Part shown: one piece after another, positions 36,158 through 45,079 of the stretch
How the letters are laid out: every line of letters begins with the position of its first letter
Position numbering within the stretch: position 1 is the first letter of the stretch
Position numbers and translations under genes: made by a program
The notes under the pieces: generated by a model
Seen by the model: the letters and a program-made list of their open reading frames with translations, nothing else
Database searches by the model: none
Told to the model about the DNA's origin: nothing
Virus record (IMG/VR): IMGVR_UViG_3300019458_000040
Location: 1 to 56,243 of that record
Direction: 5' to 3' (one strand)
Source of the DNA: a virus
Lineage: Duplodnaviria; Caudoviricetes
DNA: 56,243 nt

Positions 36158-37264
36158 ATGCCCATCGGATTCCAGGACCTCTGGGTCGCCGGCTCCCGGC
36201 TCCTCTTCAAGCGGGACGCGGTCGACTCGATCGATCAGCCGTGGGTCGACCTCGGAACGATCGAGACGTCGACTCCGAACTTCGCGGTCACCGCGATCGA
36301 CCTCAAGGACCCGGAGTCGGGCGTCCGGGCTCTGATCGATTCGCGCACGATCGAGCTCATCGAGAGCTACGACATCGCGTGCCGGAACTTCTCTCCTCGA
36401 AACCTCGCCATCCTGCTGCGCGGGAAGAAGGTCGAGACGTTCAGCCAGACGGAGCAGACGAACGCTTCCAAGGCCGTCACGCATCGCGTCTTCGCCGGGC
36501 AGCTCGGCGGGATCCGCGACACGGACGCGCTCACGCGTCTCTTCGCCCTGAAGAACGTCCACGGCGTGCACACGACTTCGATCGGGACCGCCACGGTGAC
36601 GGCGATCAACGCGCTCGGACCGAGCGCGAGCACGATCGTCGTCTCGGAGAACCTGTCGGGCGCGAATCCGGCGGTGGGCTCGTTCGTGCTGCTCAAGCCC
36701 GAGGGTCTCGCCTCCGGCACCGCTCAGGCGAACGCCGGCACGTACGAGATCATCTCGAAGGTGGGATCGGGCCCAACGACCCTCACGGTCCGCGAGGCGA
36801 TCGCGACGACGGAGTCGGGTCTCACCGGCGTCCTCATCTACAAGAACGCCGCGGGATCGGCGGTCAACGTCTTCGCCGGTCCGAAGAACCTCACGCCCGC
36901 CTGGAAAGTCCGGAGCCTGGCCGACGGCCTGATCTACGCCGTCAGCGGCGGCGGCATCACGGGCGACGGCGATCTCGTCATCGTCTACTCGACGGCCGAG
37001 GTCACGAGCGGCGCGCGGCTCATCCTGCCGCACACGCAGACGGGAGAGGTGCGGGGGCGCGTGCTCCTCTTCTACTCGCGCGGGACCTTCGAGGAGATCA
37101 GCGTCCGGGATGGGCGTGCCTCGATCACGCCCGTCGGTGCCACGGTCGCCGTCACCGACTACAGCACGATGAACTTCACGGTGAAGATGCTCACCGATGA
37201 CACGGCGTCGGATCCGGAGGGGCAGTTCCTCTACTTCAAGGGCGCTGTCCCCGTCCTGACGTAA
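36158..37264 (+). CDS. Putative tail tube protein, copy 2 (paralog)
   Basis: Aligns to copy 1 at both ends (GFQDxWVxGxRxLFKR; DYSTxxFTVKxLT). Confidence 0.75.
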   Translation: MPIGFQDLWVAGSRLLFKRDAVDSIDQPWVDLGTIETSTPNFAVTAIDLKDPESGVRALIDSRTIELIESYDIACRNFSPRNLAILLRGKKVETFSQTEQTNASKAVTHRVFAGQLGGIRDTDALTRLFALKNVHGVHTTSIGTATVTAINALGPSASTIVVSENLSGANPAVGSFVLLKPEGLASGTAQANAGTYEIISKVGSGPTTLTVREAIATTESGLTGVLIYKNAAGSAVNVFAGPKNLTPAWKVRSLADGLIYAVSGGGITGDGDLVIVYSTAEVTSGARLILPHTQTGEVRGRVLLFYSRGTFEEISVRDGRASITPVGATVAVTDYSTMNFTVKMLTDDTASDPEGQFLYFKGAVPVLT

Positions 37265-37281
37265 CGGCTTTCGATCACTGG

Positions 37282-37320
37282 TCCGGCGCGCCCGCTTTCG
37301 GCGGTACGGGGCGCGCCGGA
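37282..37320 (+). terminator. GC-rich hairpin after the tail tube genes (attenuator or stabiliser)
   Basis: 12 bp stem TCCGGCGCGCCC/GGGCGCGCCGGA; weak pyrimidine tail. Confidence 0.4.
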
Positions 37321-37348
37321 GTTCCTTCCCGCCTGGAAAGGACGTTGG

Positions 37349-37798
37349 GTGTCGAAGAACGACGAAATCAGGGTTCTCTTCCCCGGCCGACCGATCGCGC
37401 TCTCGGGCTACGAGGCGACGGTCTACCCGATGGGGGTGAAGCACGTTCGGAAGTTCCTCGAACGCGTCCTCGCGATCGCGGACGCCATCGGGATCGTCGC
37501 ACGGCGGCCGGACGAGTCGGAGCGCCAGCACGTCGAGCGGATCTCGGCGGAGCTCATCCCGTTCGCGCTGAAGAACGCCTTCGACATCATCTCCGAGTGC
37601 GTGGTGCTCCCGGACGGCGCGAAGCTCGACGACGTTCCGCAGTGGGATCTCCCGCCGATCGTCGAGGCCTGGATCTACGAGAGCTTCGGCGAGGAGAAGA
37701 AGTGGCGCCCTTGGGTGGCCCTCCTGGAGAGCGCGCTGGCGCGATTCAGCGGGGGCGAGCCGGTCTCGATTTCGGAGATGTGGTCCAGGGTCTCCTAG
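37349..37798 (+). CDS. Tail assembly chaperone (G-like)
   Basis: Between the tube and tape measure genes; AAGGA RBS. Confidence 0.7.
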   Translation: MSKNDEIRVLFPGRPIALSGYEATVYPMGVKHVRKFLERVLAIADAIGIVARRPDESERQHVERISAELIPFALKNAFDIISECVVLPDGAKLDDVPQWDLPPIVEAWIYESFGEEKKWRPWVALLESALARFSGGEPVSISEMWSRVS

Positions 37799-38103
37799 CG
37801 GCTGGCCACAGCCTCGCCGACGTCTTCGGGCTCGAGCAGCCCGGCCTCCCGTACCGGGGCTTCACGGTCCCGCAGTTCTTCTTCTTCGCCGAGCGCGCGG
37901 AGCGCCTGAAGTCGACCGTGCTCATGAACGCGATCAGCTCGATGCGCGCGGCGATCGCGGGGACGCTGACGAAGGAAGGGGCGAAAGCGGTCGATCGGAT
38001 GCTCGCGGAGATGCGCGCGCGGACGGATTCCGAGGGCGTGGCGAGGGCGGAGGCAGCGGACGACGGATGGCCAGACGTCTCGGGCGAGACGGACGGCTTC
38101 TGA
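37770..38103 (+). CDS. Tail assembly chaperone second part (T-like), -1 frame, start uncertain
   Basis: DFGDVVQGLLAAGHSLADV...FTVPQFFFF overlaps the end of the G-like ORF. Confidence 0.6.
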
Positions 38104-38132
38104 AAGACGTACGGGCGAGGGAGGGATAGGCC

Positions 38133-41100
38133 GTGGCGGATCGGCGGGTGACGATCGAGGCGGTCCTCACGGACCTCGTCTCGAACCCGCTCGGCACGAT
38201 CAGCCGCGGCTTCGCGGACTTCGGGCGGCGCCTCGACGCGATCGGCTCGCGCCTCTCGCCGGTCACGGGCGGCCTCACGAGCCTCGTGACGGGGCTCCTG
38301 TCGCTCCGCGGCGCGCAGTCGGCGATCTCCGCGGCCGAGGCCCAGGTCCAGGCCGAGGCGCGGCTCACGCGCGCGCTGCAAGGCCGAACGGAGATCCTGA
38401 AGGAGATTCAGGAGACCGCGTCCCGGATCCAGTCCATCACGGGCGAGGACGACGACCGGCTGCTCGGGCTCGCGGCCCGGCTCATCAACGCCGGTCTCGC
38501 CGCAGAGCGCGTGCCCCGAGCGCTCCAGGCGGCCGTCGGCACGGCGCGCGAGCTCGACATCCCCATTGAGCAGATCATCCAGGCGATCAGCGCCTTCCAG
38601 GTCAACCAGGCTGGTCTCCTCACGCGGAACCTCCCGGCTCTGAAGGCGCTCCAGGCGGAAGGGCGGCTCACCGCGGACGGGATCGACTTCCTCTTCGACC
38701 GCTTCGGGCGGCTCGACGAGATCGAGACGACGCAGTTCGACCGCATCAACGCGCGCATCGCGGACCTGGGGGACGAGAGCGAGCGCGTGGGGCTCGTCCT
38801 CGCGAGGCTCAAGGAGCGGGCGATCGAGCTCGCGATTGAGGGACTCCGGAAGCTCGCCGACGCGGCTTCGAGTCCCGCGTTTGCGGCCTTTCTTTCGATC
38901 CTGCTCCAGATCGCGCCCGCCATCGCCGCGTTCGTGGGCGGCCTCGCCGCGATCGCAACCGCCAAGGTCGCGATCGGCTTCCTCCTCGCGCCGCTGGGGC
39001 TCGTGCTCTCCGTCCTCGGGAAGATCATCGCGCTTCTTGGGATCCCGTTCTTGGGGCCGCTCCTCCTCATCCTCGGAACCGTCGGCGCCATCTCGGCCGC
39101 GTTCGGAAAGTACCCGGCGCTCCTCGAGGCGATCACGGGGAAGGCGAAGCAGCTCGCGGCGCCGTTCGCGGATTCGTTCGCCCGGATCCGCGAGGCCTTC
39201 GACGCGCTCAAGGACGGTCGAATCACGACGGAGGACTTCTTCCGGGTCGTGCAGAGCAAAGTCCGGGTCCTCGGCATCCGGCTCCGGTCGAACATCATTG
39301 ACCCTGTCACCCTCTTCCTCCAGACCATCAAGGACGACGCTCCGGGCGTATTCGCGCTCCTGGCCAAGGTCGCGAGCGTGCCGTTCAAGAGCCTCGACAG
39401 CATGGGCGACAGCGTCGAGAAGGTCCTGGCCGAGGGCGGCGTTCCGGGTGCCGTGGCCCCGCCGGCGGAGCCGGCGCGCGAGCGCGCCACGGTCGAGAAT
39501 CTCGCACGTCGGATCGCGGACGCACGCGCGAAAGCCGAAGAGGAGATCCGCGCTGAGCAGGCGAAAACCCAGACGGCTTTCGAGGCCGCGCTCGACCGCG
39601 GCACGGAGAAAGCCCGCGAGGAGGCTGAGAAGCGGATCGAGATCGAGCGCAAGGCGGGCGAGAAGATCCTCGCCGACTTCGAGGCGCTCCAGGCTCGGAC
39701 GGCGCGTGCCGGCGCCGTGGAGACGAGCCTCCTCGACATCGATGGCCTCGAAGGCCTCACGACCGAGCGCGTCCGCGAGCTCCTCGAGAGCGTGTCGGAG
39801 GCGCAGCGCGAGGCACTTTCGGGGATTCTGACGCGCCGGATCAAGGAGGACCTCGAGGCGGGGCGGACGAGCGTCGCGGAGTTTGCCCGGCTTCAGGAGG
39901 CGATCGCCGTCGAGCCGATTCGCCGGCAGGTCGACGCCGAGACGCGGATCGTCGAGACGGAGCGCGAGAAGCGGCGCGAGATCGAGACGACCGCGCGGAA
40001 GATCGAGGAGACGATCCGGCTCCGCCAGCGGGAGCTCGAGGAGACTCGGGAACTCACGGTCGACCAGGGCGCCATCCAACGCGCGATCCTCGAGGCCGAG
40101 ACGTTGCGCGTCGAAGTGCCGGTCGATCTTCAGGTGGGCGATGCGATCGACGGGCTCGAGAAGGCGCTGCTCCAGGCTGACGTCGGGAAGGGCGTTGCCG
40201 ACTCGATCACCCGAGCGATCGCCGACATCCGGGAGCGAATCGACCTGGGCCTCGTGACGGCGCCCGAGGACGCGGCGGCGCTCAACGAGCAGCTCGGAGC
40301 GCTCGAAGAGATCGTCCGGCGGAAGGAGGGCGCGCGCGCCACGGACGAGGACGTCCTCCGGCTCACGAAGGAGCTCGCGAAGCTCGAGGAGGAGCGCAAG
40401 GGCGCGCTCGCGAACCTCTTCGCGTCGGGGCGCCGGGAGGAGGAGTCGCTCGAACGCCGGGTCGAGCTCTCGCTCCAGCTCGTCGACGCGGAGGGGAAGC
40501 TCCGCGAGGAGAGGCTGAAGCTCCTCGACGCGGCGGAGAAGGAGGCGGAGGCCGCGCGCGGCGCGCTCGAGGAGCGGATCCAAGCGCTCGACGAGCTGCA
40601 GGAGCTGGGGGGCGTCTCGGCGGAGGACCTCTTCGAGGAGCGCAACCGGGCGATCGATAGCTTCATCGCGAAGGTCGACGATCTCCGAGACCGGCTGGCG
40701 CAGGCGGTCGAGCTCGACCCGCGGCTCGCCGAGAGCGCGTCGGCCGTGGGCGAGGCGCTCGACGCCGCTACGGAGAAGGCGGAGGGATTCCGAAAGAGTC
40801 TCGAGGAGATCGAGGGGGGGCGGGCCCAGCGCATCCGAGAAAGCGTTCAGGGATTCGAGGCCATCCCGAGCGAGCTCGCGCGCGAGCTCGACAACCTCCG
40901 CCGCCTCGAAACCGAGGGGATCCTCTCGGCCGATGCGACGGCCGCGCGCGCGCAGCGGACGATAGCGCTCACGTTCTCGACGCTCGACCAGATCGAAGGG
41001 CGCGTGCGGGCAGCGATCGCCGCAGACGAGTCTCTCAGGGACGACCTCGAGGACGTGCTGGACAAGATCCGCCTCATCCGGGCCGAGGTCCAAACGATCG

Positions 41101-42104
41101 AAGAGGACGATTTCTTCGGCGGGCTGGCGGCCGGAGCGAAGGGGGTCGCTGGTCAGTTCGACAGCCTGCGGGAATCGGGCCGGGCGCTCGGCGGCGCACT
41201 CGTCACGAACCTTTCCGAGGGCCTGATCGACGTCTTCGTCCGCGGCCAGAAGTCGTTCGAGGAGTTCCTACAGAGCTTCCTCGAGGGGATCGCGGTCATG
41301 ATCGCCCGCATCCTTCTCCTGAAGGCGATCTCCGCGGGCCTGGGTGCGTTTGGACTCAACGAGGGCGGGGCCGTCCCGGCGTCCGTGGCGGGACTGAATC
41401 GAGGCGGCCTCGTTCCTCGTCGGCGGTTTCGCGAGGGGGGAGCGGTCCAGCCGGCTCCGGACGGGCCGGTCGTGCGAGTGCTTCGGTTCGCGGAGGGGGG
41501 GCTCGCGCCCGTCTTCCGCGCCGCGGCCGCGGGGATCCTCCTCGCCTCGATGGCGGGGTCGAGTATCGCGGCGCCGGCGTCACCCGTCGCGGCCTACCGG
41601 AAGGGCGGTCCGGTCGAGCCCGCCGACGTCTTCTTCGGGGCGGCCTCTCGCGCTGGCGACGCGCTCGCCGCGGCGCGGCCGAAGCGGTTCGCTCCGGGCG
41701 GTCACGTCCCGGGCCCGCTCGTCGAGCGCGACGTCGTGCCGGCGCTCCTCACGCCGGGCGAGTTCGTGCAGCCGACCTCGCCGGTGCGCAAGTACGGGCT
41801 TAGAGCGATGGAAGCGATCCGGCGCGAGCTCATCCCCGCGGGGGCCCTGCACGAGCTCGTCGCCGAGAGCGCCGCGGGGGTCGTGAAGAGCGCCGAGCCG
41901 CGTTTCCAGGCGGGCGGCGCCGTCGAATCGATTCAGGCAGGCGGGCGCGCCGCCGGCGCCGGACCGGGGATGACGCCGGCTTTCGTGGTCTCGAGCGAGA
42001 ACGAGCTCGAGAGGCTCCTCCGCGGCGGGCGGCCGGCAGTCCTCCGATTCCTGGCCCAAAACGCAGAGGCGGTGCGGTCTGTGCTGTCCTCCGAGGGAGG
42101 GTGA
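38133..42104 (+). CDS. Tape measure protein
   Basis: 1323 aa helical, hydrophobic segment, C-terminal GGHVPGP...DVVPALLTPGEFV. Confidence 0.92.
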   Translation: MADRRVTIEAVLTDLVSNPLGTISRGFADFGRRLDAIGSRLSPVTGGLTSLVTGLLSLRGAQSAISAAEAQVQAEARLTRALQGRTEILKEIQETASRIQSITGEDDDRLLGLAARLINAGLAAERVPRALQAAVGTARELDIPIEQIIQAISAFQVNQAGLLTRNLPALKALQAEGRLTADGIDFLFDRFGRLDEIETTQFDRINARIADLGDESERVGLVLARLKERAIELAIEGLRKLADAASSPAFAAFLSILLQIAPAIAAFVGGLAAIATAKVAIGFLLAPLGLVLSVLGKIIALLGIPFLGPLLLILGTVGAISAAFGKYPALLEAITGKAKQLAAPFADSFARIREAFDALKDGRITTEDFFRVVQSKVRVLGIRLRSNIIDPVTLFLQTIKDDAPGVFALLAKVASVPFKSLDSMGDSVEKVLAEGGVPGAVAPPAEPARERATVENLARRIADARAKAEEEIRAEQAKTQTAFEAALDRGTEKAREEAEKRIEIERKAGEKILADFEALQARTARAGAVETSLLDIDGLEGLTTERVRELLESVSEAQREALSGILTRRIKEDLEAGRTSVAEFARLQEAIAVEPIRRQVDAETRIVETEREKRREIETTARKIEETIRLRQRELEETRELTVDQGAIQRAILEAETLRVEVPVDLQVGDAIDGLEKALLQADVGKGVADSITRAIADIRERIDLGLVTAPEDAAALNEQLGALEEIVRRKEGARATDEDVLRLTKELAKLEEERKGALANLFASGRREEESLERRVELSLQLVDAEGKLREERLKLLDAAEKEAEAARGALEERIQALDELQELGGVSAEDLFEERNRAIDSFIAKVDDLRDRLAQAVELDPRLAESASAVGEALDAATEKAEGFRKSLEEIEGGRAQRIRESVQGFEAIPSELARELDNLRRLETEGILSADATAARAQRTIALTFSTLDQIEGRVRAAIAADESLRDDLEDVLDKIRLIRAEVQTIEEDDFFGGLAAGAKGVAGQFDSLRESGRALGGALVTNLSEGLIDVFVRGQKSFEEFLQSFLEGIAVMIARILLLKAISAGLGAFGLNEGGAVPASVAGLNRGGLVPRRRFREGGAVQPAPDGPVVRVLRFAEGGLAPVFRAAAAGILLASMAGSSIAAPASPVAAYRKGGPVEPADVFFGAASRAGDALAAARPKRFAPGGHVPGPLVERDVVPALLTPGEFVQPTSPVRKYGLRAMEAIRRELIPAGALHELVAESAAGVVKSAEPRFQAGGAVESIQAGGRAAGAGPGMTPAFVVSSENELERLLRGGRPAVLRFLAQNAEAVRSVLSSEGG

Positions 42105-42108
42105 ACGG

Positions 42109-43164
42109 ATGTCGCTTCAGCATCACGAAGGCTTCGAGCTCACCGTCGACCAGGCGTCCGCGACCCGACTCTACGGCACGGGGAACTTCACCCTCGGCGC
42201 CGGCGCTCTCTACAACCAAACGCCGGGCAGGCTGCAGGGTGCCTACTTCCGGGGCGGATCGGGCCTCTCGACGATGGCGCTCAAGACTCCGCTCATTGCC
42301 CAAGACGGCACCTGGGTCGTAGGAATGGGCCTCCGCGCGAACACCCCGACGTCCGCCCTCCAGCTCATCCGGCTCCTGGACAGCGGCACGCTTCAGTGTC
42401 GGTGCCAGCTCGCTCAGGTCGGTGCCGACAGTTACAAGATCCAGGTCGTCAACTCGCTCGGAAGCTCCGTGGGCGAGTCGGGCGAGCTGCAGCCGGACGT
42501 CTGGTACTACGTCGAATTCAAGACACAGATCGCCGACGTCGCCACATGGTCGCTCCGCGTCAACGAGGCGGTCGTGGCGAGCAGCACGAGCGACATGAAG
42601 GCGACGGCGAACGCCTTCGCGAACGAGATCGAGATTCGCACGCAGCACGTGGGCGGCGGCGGAGACAAGTGCGACATCGACGATCTCTACTTCGTCAACT
42701 CGCTCGCCGGCCAGCGGACCGATCTCCTCGGCGATTGCGTGATCGAAAAGCTCTTCCCGAACGCCGACGGCGCGACCATCGCGTGGACGCCGAATCCGGG
42801 ACCGACGCACTTCGACGCCGTGGACGACAGCGCCCCGGACGATGACACGACCTACGTCACCACGAACCAGAACAACGCCAAGGAGCTCTACCAGCACAGC
42901 GATCTCGTCTTCTCGGCCTCCGGAACGCCGATCCTCGGCATTCGCAGAGAGCTCATGCTGCGCCTCCTCTCGGCCGGGTCGCGCAACATCCGACTCGTCT
43001 ACCGGAATGCCGTCGGGACCGAGAACAACAGCGCGACGCTCACCTACACCGACACCGGCTACGCAACGAAGCAGATCATCAACGAGCGGAATCCCATCAC
43101 GGTCGCCGACTTCTCGGTGACCGAGCTCAACGCGGCGCAGTTCGGAATGGAGACGATCCCGTAA
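42109..43164 (+). CDS. Minor tail protein with LamG/ConA-like domain
   Basis: WYYVEFK, LRVNE, IDDLYF, LGDCVIEKLFPNADG. Confidence 0.7.
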   Translation: MSLQHHEGFELTVDQASATRLYGTGNFTLGAGALYNQTPGRLQGAYFRGGSGLSTMALKTPLIAQDGTWVVGMGLRANTPTSALQLIRLLDSGTLQCRCQLAQVGADSYKIQVVNSLGSSVGESGELQPDVWYYVEFKTQIADVATWSLRVNEAVVASSTSDMKATANAFANEIEIRTQHVGGGGDKCDIDDLYFVNSLAGQRTDLLGDCVIEKLFPNADGATIAWTPNPGPTHFDAVDDSAPDDDTTYVTTNQNNAKELYQHSDLVFSASGTPILGIRRELMLRLLSAGSRNIRLVYRNAVGTENNSATLTYTDTGYATKQIINERNPITVADFSVTELNAAQFGMETIP

Positions 43165-44105
43165 TGGCGAACGGCTTCACGCACGAATCGATCCCGGGGA
43201 ATTTCGACGGCGTTACGTTCGTCAACCGCGACGTCGCGGCACTCGACGACAACTCGCTGCAGATTCTCGACGGACGGATCCCGACGCATCCCTGGTTCAC
43301 GCTCAACGTCGCCATCTGGCCCTCGGCGAACGACGCGCTCAACAACCGCCCGCATCTTCGGTTCAACAACGATTCGGGTGCCCGGTACGAGGCGAGCTTC
43401 CGAGCCTTTGTCAATACTTCGGACAGTCCGCCTGCGACCGAGGCGCCTTCGATCAACCACGTCAAGGACCAGACGGAGATGCCACTCCTCCCCGTCGATG
43501 CGGCGTTCAATCTTTCGAGCACCGACATGGTCTACACGGCGCGGATCGACGTGATGCGGATGGACGCCATCGAGGAGTACCGCGTCTTCTGCCACTGGAG
43601 CCGCGGTCGATCGAGCGCGAGCATTCACCCGCGCCACGGCTTCATGGTGGGGAACTGGATCGGGATCGGCACGAAGGGCATCTCGGGGATCGACGTGTAC
43701 CTCGGAACCTCCGGGAAGATGGCCGCCGGGGCCTACCTCGAAGGCTACGGGATGCAGAGCTCGGTTCTCGGCGGAGGCTACGTCTACAAGAGCGGCGAGC
43801 TTCCGACGGGGAAGATCTGGGTCGATGGCCGTCCGATGTACCGCGACGTCTTCACGAGCCTCACGCTCCCGTCGCCCGGAAACTCGACCAACTTCACGCT
43901 CCCGACGACCGCCTTCGACATGCCCACGTCGCGCCTCACGGAGTTCTGGGTCTACAAGACCTCGCCCTCCAACGAATCCCACCGCCCGACGGACCTCCAG
44001 CTCAAGTTCACGACGACGCAGCTCGTCATCACGTCGCCTTCCGGCGGCACGAACTGGTCGAGCTACACGGGCGTCGGCGTGTGGGAATACGCGAAACAGA
44101 TCTAG
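43164..44105 (+). CDS. Putative tail fiber/receptor-binding protein, copy 1
   Basis: LRFNNDSGARY; ELPTGKIWVDGRPMYRDV fiber-like motif. Confidence 0.65.
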   Translation: MANGFTHESIPGNFDGVTFVNRDVAALDDNSLQILDGRIPTHPWFTLNVAIWPSANDALNNRPHLRFNNDSGARYEASFRAFVNTSDSPPATEAPSINHVKDQTEMPLLPVDAAFNLSSTDMVYTARIDVMRMDAIEEYRVFCHWSRGRSSASIHPRHGFMVGNWIGIGTKGISGIDVYLGTSGKMAAGAYLEGYGMQSSVLGGGYVYKSGELPTGKIWVDGRPMYRDVFTSLTLPSPGNSTNFTLPTTAFDMPTSRLTEFWVYKTSPSNESHRPTDLQLKFTTTQLVITSPSGGTNWSSYTGVGVWEYAKQI

Positions 44106-44121
44106 CAGGCGGGATCGATCG

Positions 44122-45078
44122 ATGACGGACGTCGACTTCGCCGTGCAGGCCCTCGACTCCTACAACCTCATAGCCCGGCGCGTCGCCGCCGTTGGCGAAT
44201 CGGAGATCGTTCTCACCGATTCCCGCATGGCGAATCACCGCCAGCTCTTCGTGAACGTCATGGTCTATCCCGCCCCGAACGCGGGGAACCAGGGAACGGA
44301 GGTTCCCTTCCTCTGGTTCAACCTCGATCGCTCGGCGGCGTACGAGGGAATGCACCGGGCCTACGTCAACACGGCCGACTCGCCACCGTCGACTGAGGAG
44401 GCGACGTCCTGGCACCACACGAACGCGCCGCGCTTGCGGCTCGTGCCGGGTGGATCTTCGGCGTTCGTGTTGGCCGCGGGCGAGGTCTTCACGTCGTGGA
44501 TGTTCCTCGAGCAGCAAGATGCCGTCGAACAGTACCGCATCCACGAGTGGTGGGCGATCGGTGAATCTGTCTCCGGCGGGACGAACAAGCATCCCCGTTA
44601 CGGACATCTCGCCGGTCAGTACATCGGGAGCGTGGCGGGAAAGAAGATCTCGACGATCGGGCTCGTCCTGGCGCCGTGGGGCCGCATGGGGCAGGGCTCC
44701 GAGCTCAGCGTCTATGGCCTCCGGACGCCGCTCCTCGACGGATCCTTCGATTACAACGATCAGAAGAGCGCCTCCACGACGGGGATGTGGGCGCCGACGT
44801 CGAAAGCGATGTTCCGTCGCGTGATGAAGGTGTCTCCACTCCCGATACCGGGGAGCACTCAGCCGTTCTCGCTCGCCGACACGAGCTTCAACATCGGAAC
44901 GATGAACATCGCCGAGGTCTGGATCGTCGATGAGAGCGAGGGGATTTCCGAGGCGCCCTCCCAGGGCATCGCGTTCTCGATCAGCGGCACGATGCTCAAC
45001 GTCGCGAGCGCCTCCGGCGGCAAGGACTGGTCGGGATACGACTACGCCTACGTCGTGCTGACCTGGGCGAGGCCGTAG
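44122..45078 (+). CDS. Putative tail fiber/receptor-binding protein, copy 2 (paralog)
   Basis: Shares RAxVNTxDSPPxTE, DAxExYR and HPRxG with copy 1. Confidence 0.65.
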   Translation: MTDVDFAVQALDSYNLIARRVAAVGESEIVLTDSRMANHRQLFVNVMVYPAPNAGNQGTEVPFLWFNLDRSAAYEGMHRAYVNTADSPPSTEEATSWHHTNAPRLRLVPGGSSAFVLAAGEVFTSWMFLEQQDAVEQYRIHEWWAIGESVSGGTNKHPRYGHLAGQYIGSVAGKKISTIGLVLAPWGRMGQGSELSVYGLRTPLLDGSFDYNDQKSASTTGMWAPTSKAMFRRVMKVSPLPIPGSTQPFSLADTSFNIGTMNIAEVWIVDESEGISEAPSQGIAFSISGTMLNVASASGGKDWSGYDYAYVVLTWARP

Positions 45079-45079
45079 A

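Noticed and set aside
37746-41093. Very long minus-strand and alternate-frame ORFs (also 26898-29651, 30518-32941, 44996-48274, 22103-25432)
   Set aside because: Shadow frames of high-GC genes: Arg/Pro-rich with no motifs. Only the last ~92 codons of 22103-25432 look real.
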